A stretch of 64,000 bases of DNA from Gemmatimonadota bacterium (GTDB taxonomy: Bacteria; Gemmatimonadota; Gemmatimonadetes; Gemmatimonadales; GWC2-71-9), in contig JBDHKN010000008.1 in the NCBI GenBank assembly GCA_039586365.1, forward strand, positions 1-64,000. The letters are read 5' to 3'. Within the stretch, counting starts at the first letter, position 1; every line of letters begins with the position of its first letter. Shown piece after piece: positions 49,619 to 57,875 of this stretch. The notes under the pieces are model-generated. The model did no database searches. It had not been told where the DNA came from and was given only the letters and a program-made list of their open reading frames with translations. Position numbers and translations under genes: made by a program.

Positions 49619-50965
49619 ATGGGAATAGTAGCAGTCAGACAACCGGGCACATCAACGGTAGCAGCAGCGTTGTGCGTCTGCGCCATGGCCTGCGGCAGCG
49701 AAGGCCTTCGGAGTCTCTTTGTGGGCTACACTCCACACGAGCGATACCAGCATTCCCTGCGTGAAGCAGGGTTGGATCAGACGGCGCTCGGGAGGGACTG
49801 GATTGCGGCTGGAGCGGAAGCGTTGAACAAAGCCGTCCCGCTCGAGGCACCGTACCGGGAGGAGAGCTACCTGGATCCCCGCGAGGTAGCTGCGTCGGGC
49901 TACCGCATTGGGCTGCGCCGTGGGCAACGGCTCAGGGCGCAGTTCGAGAGTGAACCAGACAGTAGCTACCGAGTGTTCTTCGACGTTTTTGTGATACCTA
50001 CGGGATCGGCGGAAACTCCCCGGCTGCTGGCCAGCGCTGACAGCCTTGAGCGTGAGCTGGACTTCGTGGCACGGCGGGATGGAGACTATCTGCTTCGGAT
50101 TCAGCCGGAACTGTTGCGGGGTGGGCGCTATGCGATCAGCATCGTCGTCGGGTCGTCCCTCGCCTTTCCGGTCGATGGCCATGACACGGGAGCCATACGG
50201 AGTTGGTTCGGAGATCCTCGGGATGGGGGGAGTCGAAACCATGACGGTGTTGACATCTTTGCGCCCCGCGGAACACCCGTGATCGCTGCGGCAAACGGAA
50301 GTGTCCGGAGTACCAGAAGGAACAGATTGGGCGGCAAGGTGGTTTGGCTCACCGACGAATTGGGGCGGTCCTTGTACTACGCCCACTTGGACAGCCAAGT
50401 TGTGGCGCGAGGGGACCCGGTTCGAGCCGGCGACACTCTGGGTTTCGTTGGCAACACCGGGAATGCACGCACCACGCCACCACATCTTCATTTCGGGGTC
50501 TACGAGCGAGGGTACGGGCCATCAGATCCCTACCCGGCGCTATATGACCCGCCATCCACCCCGGCTGTCTTCGCTGGGGATCCCGATCTGATTGGGGAAT
50601 TGGGGCGGGTCCGTCGTGATCGCACTCCGGTCAGGGCTCTGCCGACATCGAGGGCTCCCGCAGTAACGGAGTTGTCGCGGCACACTCCAGTTCGGGTGAC
50701 GGCTGGAACCGGCAACTGGTACCGCATCGCCCTGCCTGACGGGGCCGTCGGTTATGTCGCGACGCAACTGACCGAGCTGGCCGACCGGCCGATCCGTAGT
50801 GAGCTAGTGGCGAACGGTGCCATCCTGCGAACGCAGCCTGCACTCTCAGCCGTGGCTCTCGACAGCCTGGTTCCAGGCGCGGAAGTACCTGTCCTGGGGT
50901 CGTTTGGGGAGTTTCTGTACGTCCAGGCACCCAGCGGACGCGCCGGGTGGCTGTCGCTAAACTGA
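49619..50965 (+). CDS. M23 peptidase with two C-terminal SH3b domains, probable lipoprotein
   Basis: AMA-C lipobox, HDGVDI, YYAHL, TPPHLHFG, SH3b-like WYRI...GYV and GRAGWL. Confidence 0.88.
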   Translation: MGIVAVRQPGTSTVAAALCVCAMACGSEGLRSLFVGYTPHERYQHSLREAGLDQTALGRDWIAAGAEALNKAVPLEAPYREESYLDPREVAASGYRIGLRRGQRLRAQFESEPDSSYRVFFDVFVIPTGSAETPRLLASADSLERELDFVARRDGDYLLRIQPELLRGGRYAISIVVGSSLAFPVDGHDTGAIRSWFGDPRDGGSRNHDGVDIFAPRGTPVIAAANGSVRSTRRNRLGGKVVWLTDELGRSLYYAHLDSQVVARGDPVRAGDTLGFVGNTGNARTTPPHLHFGVYERGYGPSDPYPALYDPPSTPAVFAGDPDLIGELGRVRRDRTPVRALPTSRAPAVTELSRHTPVRVTAGTGNWYRIALPDGAVGYVATQLTELADRPIRSELVANGAILRTQPALSAVALDSLVPGAEVPVLGSFGEFLYVQAPSGRAGWLSLN

Positions 50966-51670
50966 CCGCTGCTTGGCTCCAGCGATCTGGGCGGCGTGGC
51001 TTGAGCGGGTCTTACCGGGCTGCCAGCCGGTGAGCGTCCTGACTTGTGCCACCATCACGGATGCTACGTGTACGAAGGGCGTTCCGATGCGGAGTCCTAT
51101 CGACTGGCCGTACGGCGCCGAGTCCAGGAAGCCCTTGGCGTAGGAGAATGACGGCAATTGGGTGTACGCCCTCCCCAGCTCCCAGGGGAAATGTGCGTCG
51201 GAACTTGCAAGATGCGGCAGTGCCCGCTGACGTGCAGCTGCTGACGCCTTTCGATTCCAAGGCGGAAAGAACGCCCGCGAGTTGAAGACCTCTACCACAT
51301 CTGCCACAGCGAGAGCCCGCTCAGCATGCCACGCGGGTCGGCGCGCGTATGCAAAAGGGTGTGGAGCGTAGACGACGCCGCCCTGGTCTCGGATGCGCTC
51401 GGCCGTTTCTGCCACCGAGAGTCCCGGAACAATGCGTTCGGTGAGAAAAAGCCCTATCAAGTGAGTGCCGCATCCACAGTTGATCTCCTCACCGACAATC
51501 GCCTGCCCCGGATAGTGAGAGCGCGCTTCTAGAGCTCCGGTGATCTCGTCGTGGTCGGTGATGGCCACCTTGTCGAGCCCCACAGCGATCGCTCGTTCCA
51601 CGACTTCACACGGGGCCGCCCACCCGTCGTGAGAGTAGGAGGAGTGCAGATGCAGGTCGACGCGAATCAT
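50957..51670 (-). CDS. PHP-domain metal-dependent phosphoesterase
   Basis: DLHLHS, ITDHD, GEEI, APHP, EVFNSR, SDAH. Confidence 0.88.
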   Translation of the reverse strand: MIRVDLHLHSSYSHDGWAAPCEVVERAIAVGLDKVAITDHDEITGALEARSHYPGQAIVGEEINCGCGTHLIGLFLTERIVPGLSVAETAERIRDQGGVVYAPHPFAYARRPAWHAERALAVADVVEVFNSRAFFPPWNRKASAAARQRALPHLASSDAHFPWELGRAYTQLPSFSYAKGFLDSAPYGQSIGLRIGTPFVHVASVMVAQVRTLTGWQPGKTRSSHAAQIAGAKQRSV

Positions 51671-51731
51671 GCTTCCGCCGTTCAGCAATTGCCGTGCCGC
51701 CCTGCGCCGGTCGCGCTCGAGCGCACCTCGG

Positions 51732-51860
51732 GAGTTCGGAAGGGCCCACGCGGAGGCCTTCGGTGACCACCCACCGGCCACGACGATGGTCGAAGTCAGC
51801 AGCCTAATTGACCAGGCGATGTTGCTGGAGGTCGAGGCGGATGCGGTAGTGGATGACTGA
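51732..51860 (+). pseudogene. 3' remnant of a RidA/YjgF family gene
   Basis: EFGRAHAEAFGDHPPATTMVEVSSLIDQAMLLEVEADAVVDD* matches the Rid C-terminus. The N-terminal ~85 aa are missing. Confidence 0.7.
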
Positions 51861-51863
51861 GAT

Positions 51864-52586
51864 CTATCCCACCTTGGCGATGGGCTGACTTTCTGGCAGC
51901 GCTCCAAACTTGCGCACCCTGCGCCTGAACTCTGCAATGGCTGTTGACAGGTCTGCCCGACGGAAGTCCGGCCAAAGCGTGCTAGTGAAATAGAGCTCGG
52001 CGTATGCTGCCTCCCACAGCATGAAATCCGACAGCCGTTGCTCTCCTGCCGTCCTTATCAAGAGGTCCAAATCGGGAACTCCGTGCGTGATGCGCCTCTG
52101 CAGTAGGTCAGGAGATATCTCCTCTGGAGCCAAGGCGCCGATCGCGACGCTTCTGGCCAGCTCCGTTGCTGCCTGTGAGATCAGCCAGCGTGCGCTATAG
52201 TCGATCGCGAGCCTCAGGTGGAGCGTCGCGCCGTGTCGGCTGTCGTGCTCCAGTGATTGGAGGGCACGCAGGGCGCTGGCGGGGATCCTCTCGCGCCGCC
52301 CGATCGCCGAGACCCTGACGCCGTTTTCCAGAAGCTCGGCTCGCTCTCGCCGACAGTACTCCCTCAAGAGCCAAAAGAGCCGCCCTACTTCAGCCGGTGG
52401 GCGTTTCCAGTTGTCGCTGGAGAATGCATAGAGGGTCAGGGTAGTGACGTCCAAGTCTGGGGATGCACGCACGACATCGCGCACACTGTCGACCCCCGCG
52501 AGGTGACCTTTCCAGCGTGGCTTGGTCCTCAGATTGGCCCACCGTCCGTTACCGTCCATGATGATGCCTACGTGTAGTCCACTCAT
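51864..52586 (-). CDS. uppS: cis-prenyltransferase (UppS paralog)
   Basis: HVGIIMDGNGRWA, YAFSSDNWKRP, DLLIRTAGEQRLSDFMLW. Confidence 0.93.
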   Translation of the reverse strand: MSGLHVGIIMDGNGRWANLRTKPRWKGHLAGVDSVRDVVRASPDLDVTTLTLYAFSSDNWKRPPAEVGRLFWLLREYCRRERAELLENGVRVSAIGRRERIPASALRALQSLEHDSRHGATLHLRLAIDYSARWLISQAATELARSVAIGALAPEEISPDLLQRRITHGVPDLDLLIRTAGEQRLSDFMLWEAAYAELYFTSTLWPDFRRADLSTAIAEFRRRVRKFGALPESQPIAKVG

Positions 52587-52906
52587 TTTTTCTCCAGTGC
52601 CTCCCTCGCTTCCGTCAGGAGTGATTCCATCTGATCGAGGTAAGTCTCCAGCGCCTTCCGCCCCTTGGCGGTGAGGCTGTATTCCGTTTTGGGCTTACGG
52701 TCTTCGAACCCCTTCTGGACTCTGATGTAGCCAGCGTTCTCGAGCTTGCGGGCGTGGACGCTGAGATTCCCATCGGTCGTCTGGAGGATTGCCTTGAGGT
52801 CAGCAAAGCTCAGCCTGTCCTGCGCTGCAAGCGCAGAGACGATCCCCAAGCGCATTCTCTCGTGGACGAGGCGGTCGAGGTCTTCTGGTGCCAGGCTACC
52901 CGCCAT
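52583..52906 (-). CDS. Winged-helix transcriptional regulator (HTH_34 type)
   Basis: LDRLVHERMRLGIVSAL...TDGNLSVHARKLENAGYI...PKTEYSLT. Confidence 0.88.
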   Translation of the reverse strand: MAGSLAPEDLDRLVHERMRLGIVSALAAQDRLSFADLKAILQTTDGNLSVHARKLENAGYIRVQKGFEDRKPKTEYSLTAKGRKALETYLDQMESLLTEAREALEKK

Positions 52907-53480
52907 GTCTCCAGACAATGTCGAGTCCAACCGCGATGTGCAGTCCCCCGAATCCCATGGCGAGCATGGCCAACCCGAGGTTCGGGAGGAACAGCGCCGC
53001 CGCGCCCAGGATGAGGAAGGCGATCCCCATCCATCGAATTGCCCGGATCGAGAGGGTTCCGCCAGCGGTAAGGCCAGCTCCATAGAGGGCAAGCCAGGTA
53101 CCAGGCAGCAGTTGGCCGGCTCCTTGATTGTTGATGGCAAAGGTGAGGAGCGCGCCCGCGAACAACGTAGGTGTCATGACCCACACGATCCGCTGCATCA
53201 CACCTGACCAGATTGGCACCCGTATGCCGCGAGCTTTGAGCACGTTGGCAATAGTGGCGATCACAACCGATACGGCCGCGGCCGGAATCCAGATCCGCAA
53301 ATCCGCCGGGACCCCTCCGGACCATGCCAGCCAAGCAGCCACCATACCTACAAGTCCACTGGCCACGAGTCCCCAGCCTGATATTGCCGTGAACGTGGAC
53401 GCCGACTCCATGGTACGGCGGATATACGCCAGCGTCTCCTTCGGGTCGTCCTGTTGATCCCGTTGGGTTTGGATCGTCAC
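52896..53480 (-). CDS. Multi-pass membrane protein
   Basis: LAYIRRTME followed by ~6 TM helices, PGTWLALYG, GFGGLHI. GGAGG RBS before GTG 53480. Confidence 0.8.
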   Translation of the reverse strand: MTIQTQRDQQDDPKETLAYIRRTMESASTFTAISGWGLVASGLVGMVAAWLAWSGGVPADLRIWIPAAAVSVVIATIANVLKARGIRVPIWSGVMQRIVWVMTPTLFAGALLTFAINNQGAGQLLPGTWLALYGAGLTAGGTLSIRAIRWMGIAFLILGAAALFLPNLGLAMLAMGFGGLHIAVGLDIVWRHGG

Positions 53481-53505
53481 AGCGCCTCCGCTTGTGATCT
53501 GGCAG

Positions 53506-53545
53506 GTTGGAAAAAGAACTTTATAATACAAAGTAAGCTTCCAAC
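53506..53545. promoter_or_regulatory. Palindromic operator, probably for the wHTH regulator
   Basis: ACTTT-N7-AAAGT (53518-53534) nested in GTTGGAA/TTCCAAC. An AT-rich island ~40 nt upstream of the operon. Confidence 0.6.
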
Positions 53546-53679
53546 AGATGAGCGCAAGAGGCGGCTCCGGTGCCGGATTCAACGGAACAGGGCTTGAATA
53601 GATCGGTCGTGACCGATTAGAATCTTTACCGCGAAAACGCACTTGTGTTTGTAGCTGAATCCTCAATCCCACGACTACC

Positions 53680-54624
53680 ATGTCACTGCTAACCCTCGAG
53701 AACGTTTCTAAGAGCTTCGGCTCCGTGACGGCGGTGGATGACGTCTGCTTCTCAGTTGACCGGGGGCAGGTGGTGGGCTTTCTAGGTCCCAACGGGGCAG
53801 GGAAGTCAACCACGATGCGGATGATCAACCAGTACTATGAGCCCGACGGCGGCAAGATCCATTTCGACGGGCTACCGCTGACCGAGGCAGCACGAGAAGC
53901 GAAGCGTCGCATCGGCTATCTCCCCGAGAACAATCCCCTATATACGGACATGCTCGTCTCCGACTATCTGACGTTCGTGTCCGAGCTACGGGAGCTGCGG
54001 GGTGGCGAGCAGGCTCGGGCCATCGACGACGCCGTAGGTGCCACCGGCATCTCTGAGGTGTTCTACCGACCTATCGCTGAGCTTTCGAAGGGATATCGCC
54101 AACGGGTCGGCTTAGCACAGGCTATACTGCATCGGCCGGACCTCCTGGTGCTCGATGAACCGACGGAAGGCCTTGACCCCAATCAGCGCCTCGAGATCAG
54201 ACGGCTGATCGAAGATCTGGGCAAAGATCATACGGTGATCTTGTCGACGCATGTCCTGCCGGAGGTGCAACACACTTGCTCGCGGCTGTTGGTGATTCAC
54301 CACGGCAAGATCGCCGCGGACGGACTGGTGGATGAGCTTATGGTCCAGGCCAGCGGTTCGGTACAGATCACCGTAGAGGCCGAAGGAACTGGAATAGCTG
54401 ACGCCTTAGCACAGCTGGACGGCGTGCGACGTGTAAACCAGAAGCACGTGGAGTCGAGCGGGCGGGTAGCCGTCACGCTGACTTCCGACAGTGCTGTCGA
54501 CGTTCGTCCGGAGATATTCGAGATGGCGAAAACCAAAGCCTGGAAGCTGTACGAGCTGCACCAAGAAACCAGGAGCCTGGAAGATTTGTTCCAGGAACTC
54601 ACCGCAGCCCCGGAGTCGGTATGA
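53680..54624 (+). CDS. ABC-2 type ATP-binding protein (GldA-like)
   Basis: GPNGAGKST, LSKGYRQRVG, LDEPT, STH. Confidence 0.92.
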   Translation: MSLLTLENVSKSFGSVTAVDDVCFSVDRGQVVGFLGPNGAGKSTTMRMINQYYEPDGGKIHFDGLPLTEAAREAKRRIGYLPENNPLYTDMLVSDYLTFVSELRELRGGEQARAIDDAVGATGISEVFYRPIAELSKGYRQRVGLAQAILHRPDLLVLDEPTEGLDPNQRLEIRRLIEDLGKDHTVILSTHVLPEVQHTCSRLLVIHHGKIAADGLVDELMVQASGSVQITVEAEGTGIADALAQLDGVRRVNQKHVESSGRVAVTLTSDSAVDVRPEIFEMAKTKAWKLYELHQETRSLEDLFQELTAAPESV

Positions 54625-56906
54625 CAGCCATTTGGAGCATAGCCCGGCGAGAGCTGCGATCGCTGTTCGATCATCCGACTGGGTACATTCTACTCGTCGT
54701 GTTCGTCGGGCTCAACAACTTCCTCTATTTCCGGCAGGCGTACATCACGGGGATAGCATCCTTGCGGCCCATGCTGGATCTACTCCCCTGGATGTTCCTC
54801 TTCTTCATTCCAGCGGTGACAATGCGCGCGTTAGCTGAGGACCTGCGAGCAGGGACCCTTGAGGTGGTGCTGGCGCAACCGATAACCGAGACCGAGTTGC
54901 TCGCCGGGAAGTACCTGGGCGAGCTGCTCTTCATCCTGATAGCGCTGGCTGTGACTCTAGCCATTCCTTTGGGTCTCAGCCTGGGAGCTGACCTTCAGGT
55001 GGGAGTCATGGTCGCCCAGTACGTGGGATCGGCACTGTTTGCGGCCGGCTTTGTGGGGGTTGGGATATGGGCCTCCAGCTTGGGCAGGAACCAGATTACG
55101 GCCTTCATAGTTGGAGTCGCCGTGATGTTTCTGCTGATCTTCCTCGGCTTGAACCAACTCGTTGTCGGTCTGCCGCCGGTACTCGGCACAATGGCTGCCA
55201 GCCTCAGTGTACTGTCCCACTTCGCCAACGTTACCAGAGGCGTAATCGATCTCAGGGATGTCGTGTATTTCCTGACGCTGACTGCGATCTTCCTCGCGCT
55301 GGCATATCTGGCCATCATGAACCGCAAGCTGGCCCCGCGAGGTGACGCCCTGAAACGGCTGCGACTCGGGACCGGACTGATCGTGATTGCCCTGATAGTG
55401 GTCAATCTCTTCGGCCGGCACATTGGTGGTCGGCTCGATCTCACACCGGGGAACGTCTACACTCTTTCGGGAGCAACGAAGGGCCTCTTGGGAGATCTTG
55501 CGGACTTCGTGACGATCAAGCTGTTCGTGTCTCGTGAGCTGCCACCGGAGATAGCGCTGCTCAAACGAGATATCGATGATGTATTGAGCGACTTTCGTTC
55601 AGCTGGCAAGGGCAAGGTCCGTGTTGTGGAACTCGACCCCGCAGATGACTCCGAAGCTGCCGCAGAGGCTCAATCCTTGGGCATCCCCCCGGTGCAGTTC
55701 AATGTTGTGGGTCAGGCGGAGTTGCAGGTCAAGGAAGGGTACTTGGGCTTGGCTGTGCAGTTTGCCGATGAGAGCGAGACGATCCCCCTGGTGCAGCGGA
55801 CTGACGACCTGGAGTATCGCCTCGCCTCATACGTACGCACGTTGACCAGGGAGGCTGAGCCCGTTGTCGGTATAGTGGAAGAACAGGGACCCGCCCAGGA
55901 GCAGACTGGCGGAGTCAATTACCTCCGACAGCAGCTCGCGGAGATGTACGAGGTTCGTACAGTTTCTGTGGATTCCGATACGCTTCTCCCACGGGAGTTC
56001 GAAACGCTCATCTTCGCCGGCTCGCCAATGACAGCTGCTGACTCAGTGGTCGACAAGATAAGACATTACCTTGAGCTTGGTGGCAATGCGCTGGTCATGG
56101 CGAGCGGAATGCAATTGTCGCCCCAAGCAGGGCAACCGTTTGCAGGCCCCATGCCTGTGGCGTGGAATCGGATTCTGGAACCGTACGGCGTCTCCATCAA
56201 GGCCGACATGGTCTACGATCTCGCATCCAACGAGCAGGCCTCCATACCGGGATCGATCCCGGGATTCCGTGTCTTCGTGAGCTATCCGTTTTGGATACGT
56301 GCACTCAGCACCAAGCAGGCGAGTGTGAATCAAGACATCGAGTCAGTGTTCATGCCTTGGTCTAGTCAGATAGACACGTCCGAGGCCGTCGCCGGCACGG
56401 TGACTCCGCTATTCACAACCAGCCAAGCGGGTGGCGTGGAGGAAGGCCAAGCGTTCATTGCACCGCAACGGGATGACTATCCGCGAGACGATCTGGCGCC
56501 ACGATTGGTAGGGGTGATGATAAACCCGTTCACGGCCGACAGCGCAGGAGGGACGAGTCAATCCGACGAACAGGTCCGGCAGCTTCCCAGTGGTCGACTC
56601 GTTGTGCTGGGCAACGGCGAGTTCGCGCGGGATGCGTGGGTGCGCAATGCTACGCACAATCTGGTCTTCCTGGTAAACGCGGTGGATTGGTTGATGCAGG
56701 ATGAAGGCTTGATCGCCATACGCTCCAAGAACCGCTCATCGCCACCGCTAGTATTCGAGAGCGAGGCGACGCGCGACTTCGTCAAGTACGGTAACGTCAT
56801 GGCGGTTCCGCTCTTGATCGCTCTTGCAGCGATCGTGAGGCTTCTTCAGCGGAAGCGATCTACGCAGCGCAAATACGCACCACTCGCAGGTTCGGAGGGG
56901 GTATGA
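54621..56906 (+). CDS. ABC-2 permease fused to a Gldg-family periplasmic domain (GldF-GldG-like)
   Basis: N-terminal TM permease (PAVTMR, RGVIDLRD), then RLDLT...YTLS...LEY...NAVDWL...IRSK and a C-terminal TM helix. Confidence 0.88.
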   Translation: MTAIWSIARRELRSLFDHPTGYILLVVFVGLNNFLYFRQAYITGIASLRPMLDLLPWMFLFFIPAVTMRALAEDLRAGTLEVVLAQPITETELLAGKYLGELLFILIALAVTLAIPLGLSLGADLQVGVMVAQYVGSALFAAGFVGVGIWASSLGRNQITAFIVGVAVMFLLIFLGLNQLVVGLPPVLGTMAASLSVLSHFANVTRGVIDLRDVVYFLTLTAIFLALAYLAIMNRKLAPRGDALKRLRLGTGLIVIALIVVNLFGRHIGGRLDLTPGNVYTLSGATKGLLGDLADFVTIKLFVSRELPPEIALLKRDIDDVLSDFRSAGKGKVRVVELDPADDSEAAAEAQSLGIPPVQFNVVGQAELQVKEGYLGLAVQFADESETIPLVQRTDDLEYRLASYVRTLTREAEPVVGIVEEQGPAQEQTGGVNYLRQQLAEMYEVRTVSVDSDTLLPREFETLIFAGSPMTAADSVVDKIRHYLELGGNALVMASGMQLSPQAGQPFAGPMPVAWNRILEPYGVSIKADMVYDLASNEQASIPGSIPGFRVFVSYPFWIRALSTKQASVNQDIESVFMPWSSQIDTSEAVAGTVTPLFTTSQAGGVEEGQAFIAPQRDDYPRDDLAPRLVGVMINPFTADSAGGTSQSDEQVRQLPSGRLVVLGNGEFARDAWVRNATHNLVFLVNAVDWLMQDEGLIAIRSKNRSSPPLVFESEATRDFVKYGNVMAVPLLIALAAIVRLLQRKRSTQRKYAPLAGSEGV

Positions 56907-57811
56907 ATCCGAAACAACTTAAACGTGTTGCGGTGGTCCTCGGAGTAGTGCTTGTCTTGTGGCTCTCAGCGGAACTCCTTGGTGGCGGGCGTGACGAAAT
57001 GGAAACGGCGTTTGTCCTCCCTGCGTTGGAGGAAACCAACGTCGATTCAGTAGTGTTCGCGTCTGTGTCAGACACGATTGTGTTGGCGCGTTCGGGAGCT
57101 AGCTGGTTGGTGAATGGCTTCGAGGCGTCGCCCGATGAGGTGTCTGCTTTCTTCGATGCCGTAGCTGACTCGAGCGAGGCAGAACTCATCTCCACCAGTG
57201 CCTTGCTGCATGCCCGCATGGGAGTGGATACGGCAGGGGGAACGAGCCTGAAGTTGGTGGATGGTGCAGAGGTGGTGGCCGCACTCGTGTTTGGTAACGC
57301 CGGCCGCCAGTACAACACTCGCTATGTGCGACGCGACTCAAGCAACTTCGTTTACTTGTATGCAGGGGAAGTCAGCAGGTTCGTCCAGCGCGGTGTGGAT
57401 GATTGGCGCAACAAGAGGATGCTGGATATCGAGCCAGCCAGCCTGGGCGAGGTATCGGTTAGACGTGGGCGTGAGAGCTATACCCTAGTGCAGAGAGACA
57501 GTGTGTGGCGCTACTCCACAGGAGCGGCAGCCGACTCGGCTGCTGTTCGGCGAATGCTTGGCCAATACAGCCCCCTAGATGCGTCGGGTTTTGCGACAGA
57601 GCAGCAAGTCGACTCGGCTGACTTTGAGCCACCGGATCGAAGCGTCACGATGCTGAGTCAATCTGGGGACACATTGGCGGCCCTCGTGTTCGATTCCACT
57701 GCCGCGGCCTTCTGGGTCCGGACGTCTCCGGGAGGCACGGTGTATCGTCTTCTTCAGTGGAAGGTGAATCAGATGATGCCGGCGGATAGCACGCTGCGCG
57801 AACGGGGATAG
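56903..57811 (+). CDS. DUF4340-family protein
   Basis: N-terminal TM helix, two repeated domains, DWRNK motif, usual position after GldG. Confidence 0.75.
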   Translation: MNPKQLKRVAVVLGVVLVLWLSAELLGGGRDEMETAFVLPALEETNVDSVVFASVSDTIVLARSGASWLVNGFEASPDEVSAFFDAVADSSEAELISTSALLHARMGVDTAGGTSLKLVDGAEVVAALVFGNAGRQYNTRYVRRDSSNFVYLYAGEVSRFVQRGVDDWRNKRMLDIEPASLGEVSVRRGRESYTLVQRDSVWRYSTGAAADSAAVRRMLGQYSPLDASGFATEQQVDSADFEPPDRSVTMLSQSGDTLAALVFDSTAAAFWVRTSPGGTVYRLLQWKVNQMMPADSTLRERG

Positions 57812-57821
57812 GCTACGACCC

Positions 57822-57875
57822 GGGACGGTGAGGGCAACCCTCACCGTCCCTCACCGTCCCCTACCGTCCCTCACC
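57822..57875. repeat. Perfect 13-bp hairpin plus tandem 10-mer repeats between convergent genes
   Basis: GGGACGGTGAGGG-CAA-CCCTCACCGTCCC, then TCACCGTCCC, CTACCGTCCC, TCACC. Confidence 0.85.

Noticed and set aside
53680..57811. Gliding motility system
   Set aside because: GldA/F/G-like ABC modules with DUF4340 are widespread in non-gliding bacteria, and no motor genes are present.
57822..57875. Possible CRISPR array
   Set aside because: 10-nt units with no spacers and no cas genes.
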